Source: Candidatus Eiseniibacteriota bacterium
Lineage (GTDB): Bacteria > Eisenbacteria > RBG-16-71-46
Direction of reading: 5' to 3'
Length of the DNA: 64,000 bases
Assembly (NCBI GenBank): GCA_963707915.1
Contig: OY970178.1
Location: 1,184,001 to 1,248,000 of the forward strand
Shown: positions 59,064-64,000 of the stretch, one piece after another
How positions within the stretch are numbered: the stretch's first letter is position 1
Layout: each line of letters starts with the position of its first letter
Made by a program: the position numbers and the translations under genes
The notes under the pieces: generated by a model
The model's input: the letters and a program-made list of their open reading frames with translations, nothing else
What the model was told of the DNA's origin: nothing
Databases searched by the model: none

Positions 59064-59773
59064 GAGCCGAACCTCCGTTCCGCCCGCTCCCAGTCCTCGG
59101 GCGTGCCGATGTCGAAGAACTCCCCCTCGACCGGGAGTGCCGCCAGCCGGCCCTCGGCGGCGAGCGCCGGCAGCACGTCGCGCTCGAGCGAGAACGTCGC
59201 GGCCGCCCGGCCGCGGGGCGGGCGGGGCATGTACCGCCACATCTCCGGATCGAAGGCGTACAGCCCGCCGTTGACCCACGCCGCACCGGCCTGCGCCGGG
59301 TCCTTCTCGACGAAGCGCGCCACGTGGCCGTCGGGCCCCAGCTCGACGCGCCCGCGGCCCGCGGCGTCCGTCACGCGGAAGATCGCGACCGCTCCCAGCG
59401 CCCCGTTCTCCCAGCGCATGCGCTCGAGCGCCCAGGGATCGCAGGGGGCCAGCGTGTCGCCGTTCGCCACCAGGCAGGGCCCGGTGACGAAAGGCGACGC
59501 CAGCTGCAGGGCCCCCCCGGTGCCGAGCGGCTCCTCCTCCACCGAGTGACGGAGCGTCACGCCCAGCGCCGCGCCATCGCCGAGCGCGGCGCGCACCGCG
59601 TCCGCGCCGTAGCCGGTGCACAGCACGGCGTCGCGCACGGCCGCGGCGGCCAGCCACTCGAGCTGCCGCGCCAGGAACGGCCTGCCGCCCAGCGGCGCGA
59701 GCGGCTTGGGCAGTTCGCCGAACCGCGGCTTGAGCCGCGTCCCCAGGCCGCCCGCGAGGATGAAGACCCTCAT
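59060..59773 (-). CDS. hddC: Sugar-1-phosphate nucleotidyltransferase (HddC-like)
   Basis: ILAGGLGTRL, PKPLA, EPLGTGGA, NGDT, FSLERD, FFDIGTPED; adjacent to hddA. Confidence 0.82.
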   Translation of the reverse strand: MRVFILAGGLGTRLKPRFGELPKPLAPLGGRPFLARQLEWLAAAAVRDAVLCTGYGADAVRAALGDGAALGVTLRHSVEEEPLGTGGALQLASPFVTGPCLVANGDTLAPCDPWALERMRWENGALGAVAIFRVTDAAGRGRVELGPDGHVARFVEKDPAQAGAAWVNGGLYAFDPEMWRYMPRPPRGRAAATFSLERDVLPALAAEGRLAALPVEGEFFDIGTPEDWERAERRFGS

Positions 59774-60747
59774 GCCGGATCGTCCAGGTTGTAGCGCCGC
59801 CGCACCGGGTAGTCGGAGTGCGCACGCATGTGGGCGATCATCTCGCCCAGCAGGCCCATGAGGATGAACTGGAGGCCGCTGAGCAGGCACCAGCCCGCGA
59901 GCAGCATGAGCGGACGCGTGCGCATGGGCGTGCCGGTGGCCCACTGCCCCAGGAACCACAGCGAGATCGCGCCGCCGACGATCAGGAACAGCCCGCCGAC
60001 GCGGCCGAAGACGTGCAGCGGCTTGAGCGCGCTGGTCGAGATGAAGGCCGCCGAGATCAGGTCGAGGAAGCCGTTCGCGAAGCGCGCCGCCCCGAACTTG
60101 CTGCGGCCGTGCCGGCGCGCGCGGTGCTGCACCGACACCTCGCCCACGCGGAAGCCCTGCCAGTGCGCGAGCGCCGGCAGCACGCGGTGCAGCTCGCCGT
60201 AGACCTGGATCGCCTCGGTCACCTCGCGGCGGTAGAGCTTGAAGCCGCAGTTGAAATCGTGCAGGCGCAGCCCCACGACCCAGGAGGTCACCAGGTTGTA
60301 GACCTTCGAGGGGAAGCGCTTGGTGAACGGGTCCTGCCGTTTCAGCTTCCAGCCCGACACCAGGTCGAGCCCGCCCTCGAGCGCCTCGACCAGCTTCGGC
60401 AGCTCGGCCGGGTCGTCCTGCAGGTCGGCGTCCAGCGTCAGGACCCACTCGCCGCGGGCCAGGCGGAAGCCGGTCGCCAGCGCGGCGGCCTTGCCGTAGT
60501 TCCCGCGGAACGAGACGCCGCGCACCCGCGGGTCGGCGGCGGCGAGCCGCTCGACCACCCGGTCCGTCCCGTCGCGCGAGCCGTCGTCGATGTAGATCAC
60601 CTCCCAGCGCCGGCCCAGCCGGTCCAGGGCGGCGGCCAGCTCCCGCTGCAGCTCGGGCAGGCTCTCGGCCTCGTTCCAGGCCGGGATCACCGCCGTGATG
60701 AGGATGCCGCGCCCGTCGCCGCCGTCCGCAGCCGTCGCCTGGTCCAT
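59770..60747 (-). CDS. GT2 polyprenyl-phosphate glycosyltransferase (ArnC/GtrB-like)
   Basis: IDDGSRDGT, GKAAAL..GF, DADLQDDP, HDFNCGFK.YR, YGELHR; two C-terminal TMs. Confidence 0.9.
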   Translation of the reverse strand: MDQATAADGGDGRGILITAVIPAWNEAESLPELQRELAAALDRLGRRWEVIYIDDGSRDGTDRVVERLAAADPRVRGVSFRGNYGKAAALATGFRLARGEWVLTLDADLQDDPAELPKLVEALEGGLDLVSGWKLKRQDPFTKRFPSKVYNLVTSWVVGLRLHDFNCGFKLYRREVTEAIQVYGELHRVLPALAHWQGFRVGEVSVQHRARRHGRSKFGAARFANGFLDLISAAFISTSALKPLHVFGRVGGLFLIVGGAISLWFLGQWATGTPMRTRPLMLLAGWCLLSGLQFILMGLLGEMIAHMRAHSDYPVRRRYNLDDPA

Positions 60748-61703
60748 CACCGGCCCTCCCCGTAGATGCCGCGAGCCCACTCCGCCTCCGCTGCGAGCCC
60801 CTGCTCGATGCCGACCGTGGGCACCATCCCCAGCGCGGCCCGCAGCCGGGTCGAGTCCGCGCGGGTGCGCAGCGGGTCGCCGGGGGGCGTGGCCTCGTAT
60901 CGCACGTTGGCCTTCACTCCGAGCAGCCCCTCGAGCAGGGCCACGACCTCGCGGACCTCGACCTGGGAGCCGCCGCCGACGTTGTAGGTCACCGGGCCGC
61001 CGCCGCGCTCCCAGGCGAGGAAGGTGGCCTCCACGGCGTCGGCGACGAAGGTGAAGTCGCGCGACTGCGCGCCGTCGCCGTAGACCGTGAGGGTCTCGCC
61101 GCGCAGCATCGCGCGGCAGAAGCGGTGGAAGGCCATGTCGGGGCGCTGGCGCGGGCCGTAGACCGTGAAGTAGCGCAGCGCCACGGCCGGCAGGCCGAAG
61201 TTGCGGCCGTAGAGCAGCACTAGGTGCTCGCCCGCGAGCTTGGTGACCCCGTAGGGCGAGAACGGGCGCGGCAGCAGGTCCTCGGGCGTCGGGTAGCGTT
61301 CGGCGTCCCCGTAGACGGACGACGACGAGGCGTAGACGAAGCGCTGGAGACGGCCCCCGCGGTAGCGCTCGAGCATCCGCTGCGTGGCGAGCACGTTGTG
61401 GTGCGCGTAGGCGGCGAACTCGGTCCCCCACGAGGCGCGCACACCCGGCTGGGCGGCCAGGTGGAACACCACGTCGACCTCGGGCAGGGTGGTCAGGTCG
61501 GCCGCGGCCAGGTCCATCTCGAGCAGGCGGAAGCGCTCGTCCGCGAGCGGCCCCGCGAGGTTCGCGCGCTTGATCGTCGGATCGTAGTAGTCCGTGAAGG
61601 CATCCACCCCCGTCACCCGCGCCCCGCTGGCGAGCAGGCGCTCGACCAGGTGGGACCCGATGAACCCCGCGGCCCCGGTCACCAACGCGTGCGCCATGCT
61701 CAC
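60747..61703 (-). CDS. NAD-dependent NDP-sugar epimerase/dehydratase
   Basis: GAAGFIG, HLAAQPGVRAS, ASSSSVYG, YGVTK, YFTVYGPRQRPDMAF. Confidence 0.93.
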   Translation of the reverse strand: MSMAHALVTGAAGFIGSHLVERLLASGARVTGVDAFTDYYDPTIKRANLAGPLADERFRLLEMDLAAADLTTLPEVDVVFHLAAQPGVRASWGTEFAAYAHHNVLATQRMLERYRGGRLQRFVYASSSSVYGDAERYPTPEDLLPRPFSPYGVTKLAGEHLVLLYGRNFGLPAVALRYFTVYGPRQRPDMAFHRFCRAMLRGETLTVYGDGAQSRDFTFVADAVEATFLAWERGGGPVTYNVGGGSQVEVREVVALLEGLLGVKANVRYEATPPGDPLRTRADSTRLRAALGMVPTVGIEQGLAAEAEWARGIYGEGR

Positions 61704-61716
61704 GGACTTCCTCCTC

Positions 61717-64000
61717 TCAGGGCTGGTTCGACATCTGCGGTGGCGGGATGGGTGCGCCCCGCGCCGCCTGGGGCCTCATCGTCTGCAGGATGGACTGCGC
61801 CCGCTGCTCCCCGGGGTTCACCTCCACCAGCCGCTGCAGGTAGCCCAGCGCCCGCTCGGTCTGCCCCGCCTGCGTCAGCGTGAAGTAGGCGCCGTAGTAC
61901 GGCTGCGCGGCGCCCGGGTCCAGCCCGATCGCGGCGTCGAACTCCCGCAGCGCCCCGGCCAGGTCGCGCTGGAACGCCAGCGTGACGCCGTAGTAGTAGT
62001 GCCCCTGGGCGTCGCCGGGCTGGCGCTGCACGAGCGTGCGGAAGAGCGTCGCCGCCCCGGCCGTGTCGCCCTTCTCCATGTAGAAGCCGCCCAGCCAGAC
62101 CAGCACTTCGGTGAAGTCCGGGAACATGCGCTGCACGCGCTCCATCTCCCCGATGGCGCGGTCGAGCTGGCCCTGGCGCCGGAAGTGGAAGGCGAGCCGC
62201 ACGTGCGCCGAGGCGTAGTTGCGCGAGAGCGTCGAGGCGTTCTCGTCCTTGTACACCGTCGGGTCCCACGAGCCGTCGGCCGTGAACAGACCGTCGTAGC
62301 GGAACCGGTGATACAGGTTCCGCTCCATCGCCGGCACGTCGATGTCACCCTGCAGCGAGTCCCGGTTCACCCGGTAGACCAGCCCCTCGAGCGTGAAGTA
62401 GGGATCGAGGCCGAAGTGCTCGGGGACGGTGACGGCGAAGTACGGCTGCTTGATCCAGCCGGTGTCGCGCCGCGACGCCTCGATGATGTGCCCGACCATG
62501 AAGTCGCTGGTGTAGATGATGCGGCCCGCACTGTCCCGGACCGCCCCGCCGCCGAGCATCCGGATGACGTCGTCGGGCAGGTCGATCGGCACCTTCGGCT
62601 CCTGGTCGCGCAACTGGAAGATGTACCAGTCGGTGTTCAGCAGGCTCAGGTTCACGACCTTGACGTCCTTGCGGAAGCCCTCGACCTGCTGGATGTACCA
62701 CAGCGGGTAGGTGTCGTTGTCGCCGTTGGTGAACACGAACGAGTTCGGCGCCAGCGGCGCCAGGATGTTCCACGCGTAGTCCCGCGCCACCGTGTTCCGG
62801 CTGTTGTCCGAGCTGAACCACAGGTTGCGCATCACCACGAACGGCTGCACCGCCAGCAGCACCGCCGCCGCCGCCGTCGCCGTCCGCCGCGTCACCCCCG
62901 GCTCGAACGAGTCCCGGATCCACCCCACCAGCCCCACGATCCCCAGCCCCATCCAGATCGTGTACGTCAGGTAGCCGGTCGTGAAGAAGTAGTCCCGGTC
63001 CCGCACCTCCTGGTCGCTGAAGTTCAGGAACAGGATCATCCCCACCGTCGCGAACAGGAACAGCGTCAGCATGGTCAGGAACGTCACCCGCTCCCGCCGC
63101 GCCTGCCAATAGCCCCCCAGCCCCCCCAGCAGCAGCGGCAGCAGCACCTGCCACAGCCGCGGCTCGCCCTGCACCGGGATCCCGCCCTCCACCTTCAGCG
63201 TGCTCGCCAGCGGCCACTGCCGCTTCCAGTACCGCCAGAACTCCTTGTCCAGCTGCGTGCGCAGCGTCCCCCGCCGCACGAACATGCTGGTGTGCCCGTA
63301 CTGCTCGCGCTCCAGCAGCCGCTTCAGCGCCGGCCAGTCCGACGGCGTGCCCATGTTGATCGCCGGGTGCTGCGCCGCCCGGATCGGCAGGTACAGGTGC
63401 GTCGAGTAGCCCGCCGTCATCAGGAACAGCGCCAGCGCCAGGATCCGCCCCTCGCGGTGCCGCAGCGCCAGCGCCACCACCGGCACCACCACCACCGCCA
63501 CCGACACCAGCGCCGCCAGCGGCGTGAACGCCGCCGGCCCGAACGCGAAGTACGCCCCGTACAGCGCCCCCGCCGTCGCCCCCAGCGCCAGCCACGCCTC
63601 CAGCTTGCGCTGCGCCACGTAGTACCAGAACACCAGGATCGACAGCACCAGGATGATCCCCGCCATCCGCTCCAGCCCGTACGTCACCCCCAGCACCGAC
63701 GCCATCGGCATCGCGAACAGCACGAACACCCGCCGGTCCACCAGCGCCAGCAGCACCAGCAGCGGCAGCCCCATCATCCCCACCCCCAGCATCAGCCCCA
63801 CCGACAGCCACATCACGTACACCGCCACCAGCAACGGCCCCACCGTCGGCCGCTGCTCGTGCGCCTCCCACCAGCGCAGCGCCAGCCACAGGATCAGCAC
63901 CTGCGCCATCGCCATCTCCGAGTACGTCTCCGCCCCGGTCGCGTTGTCCCAGAAGTTGCTCGAGAACGCCAGCATCAACGCCCCCGTCACCGCCCCCAGC
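61717..64000 (-). CDS. DUF2723/TMEM260-like membrane protein with C-terminal TPRs; 5' end outside the window
   Basis: FSSNFW.NA..AETYS, YLPIRAA..P.IN.G.P, VRDRDYFF, FTNGDNDTYPLWY.Q.VEG.RKDV.VVNLSLLNTDWY, TPR tail. Confidence 0.85.
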   Translation of the reverse strand, partial: LGAVTGALMLAFSSNFWDNATGAETYSEMAMAQVLILWLALRWWEAHEQRPTVGPLLVAVYVMWLSVGLMLGVGMMGLPLLVLLALVDRRVFVLFAMPMASVLGVTYGLERMAGIILVLSILVFWYYVAQRKLEAWLALGATAGALYGAYFAFGPAAFTPLAALVSVAVVVVPVVALALRHREGRILALALFLMTAGYSTHLYLPIRAAQHPAINMGTPSDWPALKRLLEREQYGHTSMFVRRGTLRTQLDKEFWRYWKRQWPLASTLKVEGGIPVQGEPRLWQVLLPLLLGGLGGYWQARRERVTFLTMLTLFLFATVGMILFLNFSDQEVRDRDYFFTTGYLTYTIWMGLGIVGLVGWIRDSFEPGVTRRTATAAAAVLLAVQPFVVMRNLWFSSDNSRNTVARDYAWNILAPLAPNSFVFTNGDNDTYPLWYIQQVEGFRKDVKVVNLSLLNTDWYIFQLRDQEPKVPIDLPDDVIRMLGGGAVRDSAGRIIYTSDFMVGHIIEASRRDTGWIKQPYFAVTVPEHFGLDPYFTLEGLVYRVNRDSLQGDIDVPAMERNLYHRFRYDGLFTADGSWDPTVYKDENASTLSRNYASAHVRLAFHFRRQGQLDRAIGEMERVQRMFPDFTEVLVWLGGFYMEKGDTAGAATLFRTLVQRQPGDAQGHYYYGVTLAFQRDLAGALREFDAAIGLDPGAAQPYYGAYFTLTQAGQTERALGYLQRLVEVNPGEQRAQSILQTMRPQAARGAPIPPPQMSNQP

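Noticed and set aside
1..64000. CRISPR arrays, tRNA/rRNA, transposases, integrases, phage or defence genes
   Set aside because: No regularly spaced repeats or diagnostic motifs seen; nearly all sequence is explained by the listed genes

Overview
Very GC-rich bacterial chromosomal segment. Gene style (FlgD-Ig/T9SS-like C-termini, DUF2723, a PorZ-like protein, MglA) suggests an FCB-related lineage such as Candidatus Eisenbacteria; this is inference only. Contents in order: (1) 1-5.3 kb regulatory block: NtrC-type regulator (partial), PAS histidine kinase, FlgM-like protein, csrA, an exported protein, an MglA-like GTPase with a long tail and a hypothetical protein. (2) 5.5-11.8 kb: PatA/LpxL-like acyltransferase, PimA-like GT4, MFS transporter and a multi-PAS hybrid kinase. 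(3) 11.9-18.5 kb: S8 protease, zinc-ribbon protein, recG and rpmB. (4) 18.5-37.4 kb: dcw cluster from mraZ to ftsZ, with a STAS gene inserted between mraZ and rsmH, no murB or ddl, and a TPR gene after ftsZ. (5) 37.5-64 kb: a same-strand glycan locus with four GT-C-type membrane proteins (including a TMEM260-like DUF2723 and YfhO), two polyprenyl-phosphate sugar synthases, Wzx, HddA/HddC, AsnB, a GNAT, a methyltransferase and a PorZ-like propeller protein. Three sigma28-type promoter boxes precede csrA-flgM, mglA and the hybrid kinase. Many single-base frameshifts (42.5-51.3 kb and one in ftsI) look like sequencing errors. No rRNA, tRNA, CRISPR array or mobile element was recognised.
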